Of a DNA stretch of 64,000 nt, positions 1-8,888 are shown piece after piece. This DNA comes from Candidatus Kaistia colombiensis (GTDB lineage Bacteria; Pseudomonadota; Alphaproteobacteria; Rhizobiales; Kaistiaceae). The notes beneath the pieces are model-generated. The model saw only the letters and a program-made list of their open reading frames with translations, did no database searches and was not told where the DNA came from. The stretch is taken from the NCBI GenBank assembly GCA_029203105.1, contig CP119318.1:3243721-3307720 (forward strand), written 5' to 3'. Each line of letters begins with the position of its first letter. The first letter of the stretch is position 1. Position numbers and translations under genes: made by a program.

Positions 1-723
1 GGCGAGCAGGCGCGTCCCGACGCTTCGCGGCCCGGCAATGACCGGGCTCGTCCCGATGCCCGTCCGCCGCGTCCCGGCGATGGCGATGCTCCGTATCGCG
101 ACAACTACCGCGATGGCCCGCCGTCGCGCGACATCTACCTGGACGGTCACCGCCCCGGCGATCGGGAGGTTCCCCCGCCTCCGGGCGCCTATCGCGACGA
201 TCCGCGCCCCTATCGCCCCAACGGTCGCTTCATCGATGGCGGCCGCGCCACCGAGCGGCAGATCGAGGACACGTTCCGGGCCGCCCCGGTCCAGAGAATC
301 GATCGCGGCTACTCGATGAACGAAATCCGTCGCGATCCGCGCGTTCGCGACATGGTACGCCGCGTGGACCTCGATTCGATTACCTTCGAATTCGGCTCGG
401 CCCGCGTGCCGGACGATCAGGTGCGCAAGCTGCAGTCGATCGGCCGCGCGATCAGCCGCATGGTCGATCGCAACCCCGGTGCCGTCTTCCTGATCGAAGG
501 TCACACCGACGCGGTCGGCACCGACCTCGCCAATCTCGAGCTGTCGGATCGGCGCGCCGCCTCGGTGGCGGGGATTCTGTCGGACTATTTCGACATTCCG
601 CGCGATGCGCTCGTAAGCCAGGGCTACGGCAAACGCTATCTGAAGATCCCGACGGATGGCCCGGAGCGGCAGAACCGCCGCGTGACCATCCGCAACATCA
701 CCCCGCTGTTGCAGGGGCGGTAG
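1..723 (+). CDS. OmpA/MotB-family peptidoglycan-binding protein (5' end outside window)
   Basis: Frame 1 is open from nt 1. A Pro/Arg/Asp-rich low-complexity linker is followed by an OmpA_C-like domain (FEFGSARV, LIEGHTDAVGT, NLELSDRRAASV, NRRVTI). The track ORF 316..723 is only its ATG-bounded tail. Confidence 0.85.
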   Translation, partial: GEQARPDASRPGNDRARPDARPPRPGDGDAPYRDNYRDGPPSRDIYLDGHRPGDREVPPPPGAYRDDPRPYRPNGRFIDGGRATERQIEDTFRAAPVQRIDRGYSMNEIRRDPRVRDMVRRVDLDSITFEFGSARVPDDQVRKLQSIGRAISRMVDRNPGAVFLIEGHTDAVGTDLANLELSDRRAASVAGILSDYFDIPRDALVSQGYGKRYLKIPTDGPERQNRRVTIRNITPLLQGR

Positions 724-736
724 CAGGTACCCAAGC

Positions 737-769
737 AAAAAGCCCGGCAGTCCAACTGCCGGGCTTTTT
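737..769. terminator. Bidirectional intrinsic terminator
   Basis: aaaaagcccggcag-tccaa-ctgccgggcttttt forms a perfect 14-bp stem including an A-run and T-run. It lies between the convergent ompA-like and aapP genes. Confidence 0.85.
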
Positions 770-815
770 GCTTCAAGAGACCAGAGCCTTGATTCAAGGG
801 CCGAAGCGAACCTGA

Positions 816-1619
816 TCAGTGCAGGATCTGGCTCAGGAACAGCTTCGTCCGTTCATGCTGCGGGTTGGTGAAGAAGCTGACCGGGTCGTTCTGCTCGATG
901 ATCTGGCCGCCATCCATGAAGATAACCCGGTTCGCGACCTGGCGGGCAAAGCCCATCTCATGGGTGACGCAGATCATGGTCATGCCTTCCAGCGCTAGCC
1001 CGACCATGACATCCAGCACTTCCTTGATCATCTCCGGATCGAGCGCCGAAGTCGGCTCGTCGAACAGCATCACGCGCGGGTTCATGCACAGCGAGCGGGC
1101 AATGGCGACGCGCTGCTGCTGGCCGCCGGAAAGCTGGCCCGGGTACTTGTTGGCCTGCTCCGGGATCTTTACCCGGTTCAGGTAGTGCATCGCGATGTCC
1201 TCGGCCTCGCGCTTCGGCATCTTCCGCACGTTGATCGGCGCGAGCGTGCAGTTCTCGAGGATCGTCAGATGCGGGAACAGGTTGAAGTGCTGGAACACCA
1301 TGCCGACCTCGCGGCGCACCTCGTCGATCTTGCGCAGATCGTTGGTCAGTTCCTTGCCGTCGACGACGATCTTGCCCTTCTGGTGCTCCTCCAGCCGATT
1401 GACGCAGCGGATCAGCGTCGACTTGCCCGAACCGGACGGCCCGCAGATCACGATCCTCTCGCCGCGCATCACCTTGAGATTGATGTCGCGCAGTACGTGG
1501 AACTCGCCGTACCACTTGTTGACGCCAACCATCTCGACGGCGACGTCGGTGGAGGAGACCTTCAGCCCAGGAGTGACCGGCGGCAGATCAGCGGTGGCGA
1601 CGGATAGATCCGACATCAT
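816..1619 (-). CDS. aapP: Polar/general L-amino-acid ABC transporter ATP-binding protein (Aap/Bzt type)
   Basis: 267 aa from ATG at 1619; the track extension to 1904 overlaps aapM and is discounted. Walker [10 protein letters not shown], signature [15 protein letters not shown], Walker [12 protein letters not shown]. It is the last gene of a J-Q-M-P ordered operon. Confidence 0.92.
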   Translation of the reverse strand: MMSDLSVATADLPPVTPGLKVSSTDVAVEMVGVNKWYGEFHVLRDINLKVMRGERIVICGPSGSGKSTLIRCVNRLEEHQKGKIVVDGKELTNDLRKIDEVRREVGMVFQHFNLFPHLTILENCTLAPINVRKMPKREAEDIAMHYLNRVKIPEQANKYPGQLSGGQQQRVAIARSLCMNPRVMLFDEPTSALDPEMIKEVLDVMVGLALEGMTMICVTHEMGFARQVANRVIFMDGGQIIEQNDPVSFFTNPQHERTKLFLSQILH

Positions 1620-1635
1620 GAATTCCCCTTGAATA

Positions 1636-2970
1636 TCATCTGCGGCCTCGGTCGAGCCGTCGTTCTGTGAAGGCAGCATAGCGCGACATCGAGAAACAAA
1701 ATGCCCAAAACACCATAGCCGCGAAAATATAGCCGGTGAGGCCGGTGACGGGAGACGCCCATTTGGCATCGTTGGCAGAGGCCTGGATTTGGCCCAGGAA
1801 GTCATAGAGCCCGATGATGATGACCAGCGTCGTATCCTTGAACAGGGATATGAAGGAGCCGACAATGCCGGGAATGACGATGCGCAGCGACTGCGGCAGC
1901 ACAATCATCCGCATCATCTGCCAATAGCTGAGCCCGAGCGCCTTCGCACCCTCGTACTGCCCACGCGGAATGGCCTGCAAACCGCCGCGGATCGTCTCGG
2001 CCATATAGGCGGCCTCGAACAAGGCAACGCCGATGAGCGCGCGCAGCAATTTGTCGAAAGTGACGCCTTCAGGAAGGAAGAGCGGCAGCATCACCGAGGC
2101 CATGAACAGCACGGTGATCAGCGGCACGCCGCGCCAGACCTCGATGAAGAGGGTCGAGGCCAGCTTCACCACCGGCATCTCGGAGCGCCTTCCAAGCGCC
2201 AGCAGGATGCCGAGCGGCAGGGAAGCAACCATCCCGGTGATGGCGACGACAAGCGTGACCAGAAGCCCGCCCCAATTGGCGGTTTCGACGGGCACCAGGC
2301 CAAAATCAACGCCGAAGAGCACCAGCACAATGGCGATGCAGCCAAGCACGACGCCGAGCGTCCTGCCCGAGCCCCTCACCGGCTTGCCCGACAGCCGGGC
2401 AAACAGGCCGGCGGCGAACAACAGCAGCGCGGATACGATGGCATATTCCAGCGCAAACCGGAGAGGCGAAGGCGGCATCACACCGCCGAGAAACAGGCCG
2501 CCCGTATAGCGGTGGTTGCCGCCCGTCAGCAGGATGAAGGCGACCACTGGAAAGCAGGCGAGCAGATAGAGCACGTTCAGCTGCTTGTAGGGCACCCGCG
2601 GAATCAGCATCGGGATCATGCCGATGACCAGCATCACGAAGACGGTGTCGACCCGCCAACGCTGATCGATCGGATAACGGCCATAGATGAACTGGGGCAG
2701 ATAGGCCTTCACATACGCCCAGCAGGCGCCGGTCGACTGAAGGCATGCCTGACGATCCGATCCGCTCCAAGTTGCATTGATCAGCGTGAAGCGGATGAAT
2801 GGCGTCACGGCCCAGATGACGAAGACCAGGAGGACGATCGTCATGAGGCTGTTGAGGGGCGTGGAAAAGAGGTTTTGCCGCATCCACCCGACGACGCCGA
2901 CGGAATTCCGTGGTGGTGGCTGGGCCGGCAGGATGGCGTCGCTGACGAAGGTTTGGCCTTGAGCATTCAT
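1636..2970 (-). CDS. aapM: General L-amino-acid ABC transporter permease
   Basis: 444-aa polytopic membrane protein with the His/Glu/Gln/Arg/opine permease EAA-loop region [31 protein letters not shown]. Positioned between aapQ and aapP. Confidence 0.88.
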   Translation of the reverse strand: MNAQGQTFVSDAILPAQPPPRNSVGVVGWMRQNLFSTPLNSLMTIVLLVFVIWAVTPFIRFTLINATWSGSDRQACLQSTGACWAYVKAYLPQFIYGRYPIDQRWRVDTVFVMLVIGMIPMLIPRVPYKQLNVLYLLACFPVVAFILLTGGNHRYTGGLFLGGVMPPSPLRFALEYAIVSALLLFAAGLFARLSGKPVRGSGRTLGVVLGCIAIVLVLFGVDFGLVPVETANWGGLLVTLVVAITGMVASLPLGILLALGRRSEMPVVKLASTLFIEVWRGVPLITVLFMASVMLPLFLPEGVTFDKLLRALIGVALFEAAYMAETIRGGLQAIPRGQYEGAKALGLSYWQMMRMIVLPQSLRIVIPGIVGSFISLFKDTTLVIIIGLYDFLGQIQASANDAKWASPVTGLTGYIFAAMVFWAFCFSMSRYAAFTERRLDRGRR

Positions 2971-2980
2971 GGCGCGTCCC

Positions 2981-4156
2981 TCACCGTTCGACCAGCGCGA
3001 CGCGCTTGTTGAAATAGCCCATGACGGCGGAGGTCAGGAAACTGAGCCCGAGATAGAACAGCATCCAGATGCTGACCACTTCGACCGCCTGCCCCGTCTG
3101 GTTCAGAACCGTGCCGCCGACGGAAACCAGGTCGGGATAGGCGACGGCGACGGCCAGCGACGAGTTCTTGGTCAAGTTCAGATACTGGTTGGTCAAGGGC
3201 GGGATGATGATGCGCAGGGCCTGCGGCAGCACGACCAGACGCAGGATCTGCCGGGGCAGCAAGCCGAGCGAGGCGGCAGCTTCGGTCTGCCCGCGGTTCA
3301 CCGCCTGGACCCCGGAACGGACGACCTCGGCGATATAGGTCGCGGTATAGAGCGACAACGCCAGCAGAAGGCCGACGAATTCCGGAACGATGGTCATCCC
3401 CGCATCGGGCTGGAAGCCCCGGCGCAGCAGGGGCCCGGTCTCGTTGAACACGGGTACGTCGAAGTAGAGTGGCCGGCCCGCGGCGAAGAAGGCGATGAGC
3501 GGCAATCCGAACAGAACGACCGTGTTGAGCAGTCCGATCGGCGGGCGGCGCCCGGTACGGTTCTGCCGCGCCCTTCCCCATCTCGACAGGAAGACCATGA
3601 TCGCGACGGCGATCAGCACCGCGGCGGCGACCGTCCACGCGCCCTCGCCGAGCACCAGCTTCGGAATGTGCAGGCCGCCGATGTTGAGGTGGAAGACGCC
3701 GAAGAGCGTCCATTTCTCGCGCATGCCCGGCACGGCGCGCAGCACGGCGAAATACCAGAAGAAAAGCTGCAGCAGCAGCGGGATGTTGCGCAGGATCTCG
3801 ACATAGGCGGTGGCAACCCGCGACACCAGCCAGTTGGGTGAAAGCCTGGCGACCCCGACGATGAAGCCGAGGATCGACGCGAAGAGGATGCCGAGGCCCG
3901 CAACCAGCAGGGTGTTCAGCAGCCCGACATAGAGCGCCCGACCATAGGAAGAGGCCTCGGTATAGGGCACCAGCTTCTGGACGATGCCGAAACCTGCGGT
4001 CCGATCGAGAAAGCCGTAGCCGGCCGCGATGTTGGCCTTTTGCAGATTGCGGGCTGTGTTGTCGATGATGTCCCAGACGAACCAGCCGAGGACGAGCACG
4101 AAGGCAATCTGGAATGCGTAGCCCCGGATCGTCGGATTGTTCAGAAGAGTAGCCAT
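2981..4156 (-). CDS. aapQ: General L-amino-acid ABC transporter permease
   Basis: Polytopic membrane protein with EAA-loop region QTEAAASLGLLPRQILRLVVLPQALRIIIPP. Start taken at MATLLNN (ATG 4156, G-rich SD upstream); an alternative start is at 4192. Confidence 0.88.
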   Translation of the reverse strand: MATLLNNPTIRGYAFQIAFVLVLGWFVWDIIDNTARNLQKANIAAGYGFLDRTAGFGIVQKLVPYTEASSYGRALYVGLLNTLLVAGLGILFASILGFIVGVARLSPNWLVSRVATAYVEILRNIPLLLQLFFWYFAVLRAVPGMREKWTLFGVFHLNIGGLHIPKLVLGEGAWTVAAAVLIAVAIMVFLSRWGRARQNRTGRRPPIGLLNTVVLFGLPLIAFFAAGRPLYFDVPVFNETGPLLRRGFQPDAGMTIVPEFVGLLLALSLYTATYIAEVVRSGVQAVNRGQTEAAASLGLLPRQILRLVVLPQALRIIIPPLTNQYLNLTKNSSLAVAVAYPDLVSVGGTVLNQTGQAVEVVSIWMLFYLGLSFLTSAVMGYFNKRVALVER

Positions 4157-4323
4157 GCGCCCCCCTGCGGACGCCGCGCCTCTGTCAGCCAAACTTCTAT
4201 CCCCTCATCAACCGGACCTTGCAGGTAGCCGTCGTTCGGTGCGCGCGGCCCGGGTCTTGGCGCCCGTTGGCCGCAGCGAACTCCGGGACGGCAAGCAGGC
4301 CGCCCCGGATCGAAACGATGAAG

Positions 4324-5346
4324 TCAGCGAATCGGGGGCGCGTACTGGATGCCGCCCTTCGACCAGAGATTGTTCAGGCCACGCGCGATCCCGAGCGGAG
4401 TCGACGGCCCGATATTGGCATCGAAGATCTCGCCATAATTGCCGACGTTCTTGATGACGTTGTAGGCCCAGTCGCTGGAAAGGCCGATCGGCTCGCCGAA
4501 ATTGCCTTCAATGCCGAGGAAGCGCTTGATCTCCGGATTGTCGGAGGTCTTCTTCTCGTCGATGTTGGCCTTGGTCATGCCGAGCTCCTCCGCGTTCAGC
4601 AACGCGAACAGCGTCCACTTAGCGAGCGTGAACCACTTGTCATCGCCCTGGCGCACGGCCGGCCCGAGCGGCTCCTTGGAGATGATCTCCGGCAGGATCA
4701 TGTGTTCTTCCGGATTGGTCAGCTTCAGGCGCTCGGCATAGAGACCGGAGGCGTCGGTCGTATAGGCGTCGCAGCGGCCGGCTTCATAGGCCTGCAGCAC
4801 TTCCTCGTTCTTCTCGAACGCCACGACCTCGTAAGGCATGTTGTGCGAGCGGAAATAGTCGGCGAGGTTCAACTCGGTCGTCGTGCCGGTCTGGGTGCAG
4901 ACCTTGGCGCCGGACAGTTCGAGCGCCGAGGAAACGCCAAGCGACTTGCGGACCATGAAGCCCTGGCCGTCATAATAGGTGACGCCGACGAATTGCAGGC
5001 CGAGCGAGCTGTCGCGCGACATGGTCCAGGTGGTATTGCGCGAAAGCACATCCACCTCGCCGGACTGAAGCGCGGTAAAGCGCTCCTTGGCATTGAGCGG
5101 CGTGAACTTCACCTTGGTCGGGTCGTTGAAGATGGCTGCGGCCATGGCGCGGCAGAAATCGACGTCGATGCCGCTCCACTCGCCTTTTTCGTCCGTGGCG
5201 CCAAAGCCGATCAAATTGCCGCCATTGGCGCCGCATTGAAGAAATCCTTTGGCCTTCACTTCTTCCAGCGTGCCCGCCCCGGCTACCGTTGCACCTGTCA
5301 ACGCCATCGCGGCGCCGACCAGAATAGAAGCAATCTTCCTGTTCAT
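4324..5346 (-). CDS. aapJ: General L-amino-acid ABC transporter periplasmic substrate-binding protein
   Basis: 340 aa from ATG 5346 with signal peptide MNRKIASILVGAAMALTGATVAGA. Family-3 solute-binding protein sequence, and first gene of the aap operon. Confidence 0.9.
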   Translation of the reverse strand: MNRKIASILVGAAMALTGATVAGAGTLEEVKAKGFLQCGANGGNLIGFGATDEKGEWSGIDVDFCRAMAAAIFNDPTKVKFTPLNAKERFTALQSGEVDVLSRNTTWTMSRDSSLGLQFVGVTYYDGQGFMVRKSLGVSSALELSGAKVCTQTGTTTELNLADYFRSHNMPYEVVAFEKNEEVLQAYEAGRCDAYTTDASGLYAERLKLTNPEEHMILPEIISKEPLGPAVRQGDDKWFTLAKWTLFALLNAEELGMTKANIDEKKTSDNPEIKRFLGIEGNFGEPIGLSSDWAYNVIKNVGNYGEIFDANIGPSTPLGIARGLNNLWSKGGIQYAPPIR

Positions 5347-5678
5347 CGTTCGGCCTTTTTGTTCCCCTGGAGTGCCCGTCGTTTCAGTTCGATGCAGTAT
5401 CGCCCCGTTACCGAGATCTTCGATCGAGCCCATCGACGTAGTTGGATCCTGCGATCATCTCGCTCCATCTATGCCGGGCGCAGTCCGCCCATGACTTGAT
5501 CCATGTCCCGCATATCGGAACCTGAATTGACCCCTGCATCACATGGCATTATGCCAAGCGGGTCAAGGGGGCGTGCTTCTGTCGACAGGCCATTGTTTCA
5601 GCAAGGTTTTTCGAGAAACACTCCTGCGCGGTACCAACGTTCCGCCTCCCCAGCCTGCCAATTTCTTCGGAGTCCTGC

Positions 5679-6857
5679 ATGTCCCGCAATGACAATGACC
5701 GCTCGATCGAAAAGCCGCTGACGCGCCTGGTGCGCAGCGGGCGGGATCACGGCATTACCGGTCCGTTCGTCAACCCGCCGGTCGTCCATGCCTCGACCGT
5801 CCTGTTCGAGAATTCGGACGACCTCCTCAGCGGCCAGCAGCGCTACACCTATGGCCGCCGCGGCACGCCGACGATCGAGGCGCTGGAAATGGCTATGACG
5901 GAACTGGAGGGCGCCGAAGGCTCGGTCCTATGCCCGTCCGGCCTGTCGGCCGTCTCGACCGCCCTGCTCTGCGTGCTGCGCTCCGGCGATCATCTTCTGA
6001 TGGCCGACAACGTCTATGACCCGGCGCGCCATTTCGCGCGCAACATGCTGCAGCGGCTCGGGGTCGAGACGACGTTCTTCGATCCGAAGATCGGCGCTGG
6101 GATCGCTACCCTGTTCAAGGCGAACACCCGCGCCGTCTATCTGGAAAGCCCGGGCTCGCTCACATTCGAGATCTCCGACATCCCGGCCATCGCCTCGGTC
6201 GCCCACGCACGCGACGCCTTCGTGCTGGCGGACAATACCTGGGCGACGCCCTATTTCTTCAAGCCGCTGGAGCATGGCGTCGACCTGGCGATTCTGGCCG
6301 GCACCAAGTATCTCTGCGGTCATTCGGACGTGATGATCGGCACGGTTGCCGCCAATGCGCGCACCTACAAGATGCTGCGAGACACGCATGGCGACATGGG
6401 GCTCTGCGTCGGCCCGGACGACATCTATCTGACGCTGCGTGGTATCCGCACGATGGGCGTCCGCCTCGACCGGCAGATGGAATCGGCGCTCACCGTCGCC
6501 CGCTGGCTGCAGACGCGCACCGAGGTCGCGCGGGTCCTGCATCCGGGACTGCCGACGGACCCCGGCCACGCGATCTGGAAGCGCGACATGACGGGCTCGA
6601 GCGGTCTGTTCGGCATCGTGATGAACGACTGGAGCCTCGACAAGGTCAAGGCGTTCCTCGACGGGCTGCGACTGTTCGGGCTCGGCTATTCGTGGGGCGG
6701 CTATGAGAGCCTGGCCGTCATCGGCCGTCCGACACGCACGGCCGCGCCGTGGGCGGTCGAGGACCGAATCATCCGGCTCCAGATCGGACTGGAAGACACG
6801 TCCGATCTGGTCGCCGATCTGGAAGCGAGCTTCGCGCGCGTCAGCAATCTCAGCTGA
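5679..6857 (+). CDS. metC: Cystathionine beta-lyase (PLP-dependent Cys/Met metabolism family)
   Basis: 392 aa. N-terminal region TRLVRSGR...PPVVHASTVLF and PLP-lysine region AGTKYLCGHSDVMIGT are typical of MetC. Confidence 0.88.
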   Translation: MSRNDNDRSIEKPLTRLVRSGRDHGITGPFVNPPVVHASTVLFENSDDLLSGQQRYTYGRRGTPTIEALEMAMTELEGAEGSVLCPSGLSAVSTALLCVLRSGDHLLMADNVYDPARHFARNMLQRLGVETTFFDPKIGAGIATLFKANTRAVYLESPGSLTFEISDIPAIASVAHARDAFVLADNTWATPYFFKPLEHGVDLAILAGTKYLCGHSDVMIGTVAANARTYKMLRDTHGDMGLCVGPDDIYLTLRGIRTMGVRLDRQMESALTVARWLQTRTEVARVLHPGLPTDPGHAIWKRDMTGSSGLFGIVMNDWSLDKVKAFLDGLRLFGLGYSWGGYESLAVIGRPTRTAAPWAVEDRIIRLQIGLEDTSDLVADLEASFARVSNLS

Positions 6858-7191
6858 CGGCGCGGCTCTCGCGCGTCTGCTTCCGCTCGTGCAAGATGAA
6901 CCAGACGTTGCGGAAGTAGATGAAAAGGCCCGCCGCCTGGCCGGCGATGAACACCGGATCCTTGCGGTAGATGGCATAGATCAAGAGGAGCGCGCCGCCG
7001 AGGATCGAAAAGGTCCAGAAGGCGGCGGGCACGACACTCTTCTTCGCCCGTTCGCTGGCGATCCACTGCACCACGAAGCGCATGGTGAACAGCGCCTGCG
7101 CGGCAAAGCCGAGCAGGATCCAGACGTCGAACTGCTCCACGAAGACGTGGTGCAGCCAGTTTCCAATAGCGCCGAGCAAATCACCGGCCAT
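6850..7191 (-). CDS. Lipid-A-biosynthesis N-terminal (LAB_N) domain small membrane protein
   Basis: About 113 aa with 3 predicted TM helices and the motif FVVQWIASERAKKSVVPAAFW. Its start overlaps the stop of the upstream GT2 gene. ATG at 7191, with TTG at 7194 as an alternative. Confidence 0.75.
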   Translation of the reverse strand: MAGDLLGAIGNWLHHVFVEQFDVWILLGFAAQALFTMRFVVQWIASERAKKSVVPAAFWTFSILGGALLLIYAIYRKDPVFIAGQAAGLFIYFRNVWFILHERKQTRESRAVS

Positions 7192-7978
7192 CAATCGTAA
7201 CCTCCGTCGGCGCGGGAATGTTCTTCCGACGCCGGATCAACCACCAGACACCGAACAGATCGAGAGCGCCGACAAGCGCGCGATCGAGGATGCCGTATTT
7301 GGACGTGCCGTGGCGACGGTTGCGGTCGACCACGTCGACATGCGCCACCTTGTAGCCTTCGCGGATCGTCAGGGCCGGCAGATAGCGGTGCCAGCCGTCG
7401 AAATAGGGAAAGAGCAGGAAAACCTCGCGGCGAACCGCCTTGAGGCCGCAGCCGGAATCGCGCGTGCCGTCCTTGAGGATCGCGCCGCGCAGGCGATTGG
7501 CAAAGCGCGAGGCCATGCGCTTGGCGCCGGAATCGGTGCGCTTCAGCCGTTGTCCCGCCACAAGCGCCGTCCGGGAACCGCCCTTATCCAGCGCATCCAG
7601 CATGGCCGGCATGAATTCCGGATTGTTCTGGCCGTCGCCGTCGATCGTCAGCACGACGTCGCCGCGCGCGGCCAGCAGGCCGGTACGGACGGCGGCGCTC
7701 TGTCCGCTCGAGCGGGTGTCCCGCATCGAGCGCAGCCAGGGACGGTCGCGCATTAACTCGCGGATCACCGCCGGGGTCGTGTCGGTCGAACCATCGTCGA
7801 TGACGATGAGTTCAAAATTGCGGCCGGCCAGGGCTGCGGCGATCTCGCCGATCAGCTCGGGCAAGTTCTCCGCTTCGTTCTTGCACGGAATGACCACCGA
7901 AACCTCCGGCCGCGACAGCGACCGGGTGTTGGCGTCATTGCTCGTCAGGACGGTGTCGCCGGGAGCGGGCATCGTCAT
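7181..7978 (-). CDS. Family-2 glycosyltransferase, polyprenyl-phosphate sugar synthase type (ArnC/DPM1-like)
   Basis: VSVVIPCKNEAENL, LIVIDDGSTDTT, TIDGDGQNNPEF. Start taken at MTMPAPG (7978); the track N-terminal extension overlaps the PAP2 gene. Confidence 0.85.
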   Translation of the reverse strand: MTMPAPGDTVLTSNDANTRSLSRPEVSVVIPCKNEAENLPELIGEIAAALAGRNFELIVIDDGSTDTTPAVIRELMRDRPWLRSMRDTRSSGQSAAVRTGLLAARGDVVLTIDGDGQNNPEFMPAMLDALDKGGSRTALVAGQRLKRTDSGAKRMASRFANRLRGAILKDGTRDSGCGLKAVRREVFLLFPYFDGWHRYLPALTIREGYKVAHVDVVDRNRRHGTSKYGILDRALVGALDLFGVWWLIRRRKNIPAPTEVTIDGR

Positions 7979-8888
7979 AGGAACCGTCTCCGATGGACTT
8001 GAGCGCCGCGATCCAGATACGCCGCCCCACCAGCGCATCCAGAAGCCCGGCAATGAGGATCGCGACACGCGCGGGACTTCCGAAGCAGATCCGGATCGCC
8101 GCAGTGCGGGCGGTTATAGAGCCGGTCGATCCCCGTGCAAAGCCCCAGCCCGCGGCGGCAAAACGTCCGGCGAGCCAAAGACTGAAGGCATAGCCGAAGA
8201 TCAATCCGGCCAGGATATCGCTGGGGTAGTGCGCCGCCACCACCACACGGCTGGCCGCGATGCCGAGCCCGAGCAGCAGGAAGCCCAGTCGCCAGCGCGG
8301 AACGACCAGGAAGCCGATGGCGATCAGCGCGCCCGCCGTCGTCGCATGGCCGGAGGGAAAGCTCTGGAAGTTATAGGCGAATTCGAACGGACGTAGCACC
8401 AGGGCGCCATACTCGTCGAAGGTCGGCGGCCGCCCGCGACCGAAGAACTGCTTGACGATGTTGACGATGATTCCGGAGCCGGCAACGGCGAGGAAGATAT
8501 AGGCGGCAAGCGCGCCGATCTCGGCCCACGCGGCGCGAACCAGCGGCGGCACGATCTTCCAGCGGCCCGAGAGCAGCACGAGGACCACGACACCGGCCGG
8601 CACCAGCTCCCACTGCGACTTGCCGAAATAGGACAGCCAGTCGCCAACCACGTAGACCGCGCGCGGCAGGGCGCGGGCGCGCGTGACCGACAGGGCGTCG
8701 AAGGCGAAGCCGACGATGAGGACTAGTGCCACGCTGATGACGACCAGCGCGAGAATGTCCGAAAGCTGGAATACCGGCGCGTGGAGCGAGGGGCGCTGCT
8801 GCACGCGACGGGCGCGCTCCGCAATCGCCGCGCAATTTTCACGGGGCCAGGAAAGCCGCTTGGACAAACGAAAACGCCAAACACTCAC
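7935..8888 (-). CDS. PAP2-superfamily membrane phosphatase (lipid phosphate / lipid-A phosphatase-like)
   Basis: All three PAP2 motifs are present: KQFFGRGRPP, FPSGHAT, SRVVVAAHYPSD. Multi-TM. The GTG start overlaps the stop of the ArnT-like gene (GTGA). Confidence 0.85.
   Translation of the reverse strand: MSVWRFRLSKRLSWPRENCAAIAERARRVQQRPSLHAPVFQLSDILALVVISVALVLIVGFAFDALSVTRARALPRAVYVVGDWLSYFGKSQWELVPAGVVVLVLLSGRWKIVPPLVRAAWAEIGALAAYIFLAVAGSGIIVNIVKQFFGRGRPPTFDEYGALVLRPFEFAYNFQSFPSGHATTAGALIAIGFLVVPRWRLGFLLLGLGIAASRVVVAAHYPSDILAGLIFGYAFSLWLAGRFAAAGWGFARGSTGSITARTAAIRICFGSPARVAILIAGLLDALVGRRIWIAALKSIGDGSYDDARSRRHRPDEQ

Noticed and set aside
38-319. 93-aa ORF at the window start.
   Set aside because: It is out of phase with the true reading frame. 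Frame 1 is open from nt 1 and continues into the OmpA_C domain, so this is an overlapping shadow ORF.
5434-5678. SAM-II-type riboswitch upstream of metC.
   Set aside because: I could not find the pseudoknot core (the GCGAUUU...AAAGCU...AAAGC pattern). The region is more simply the divergent aapJ/metC promoter.
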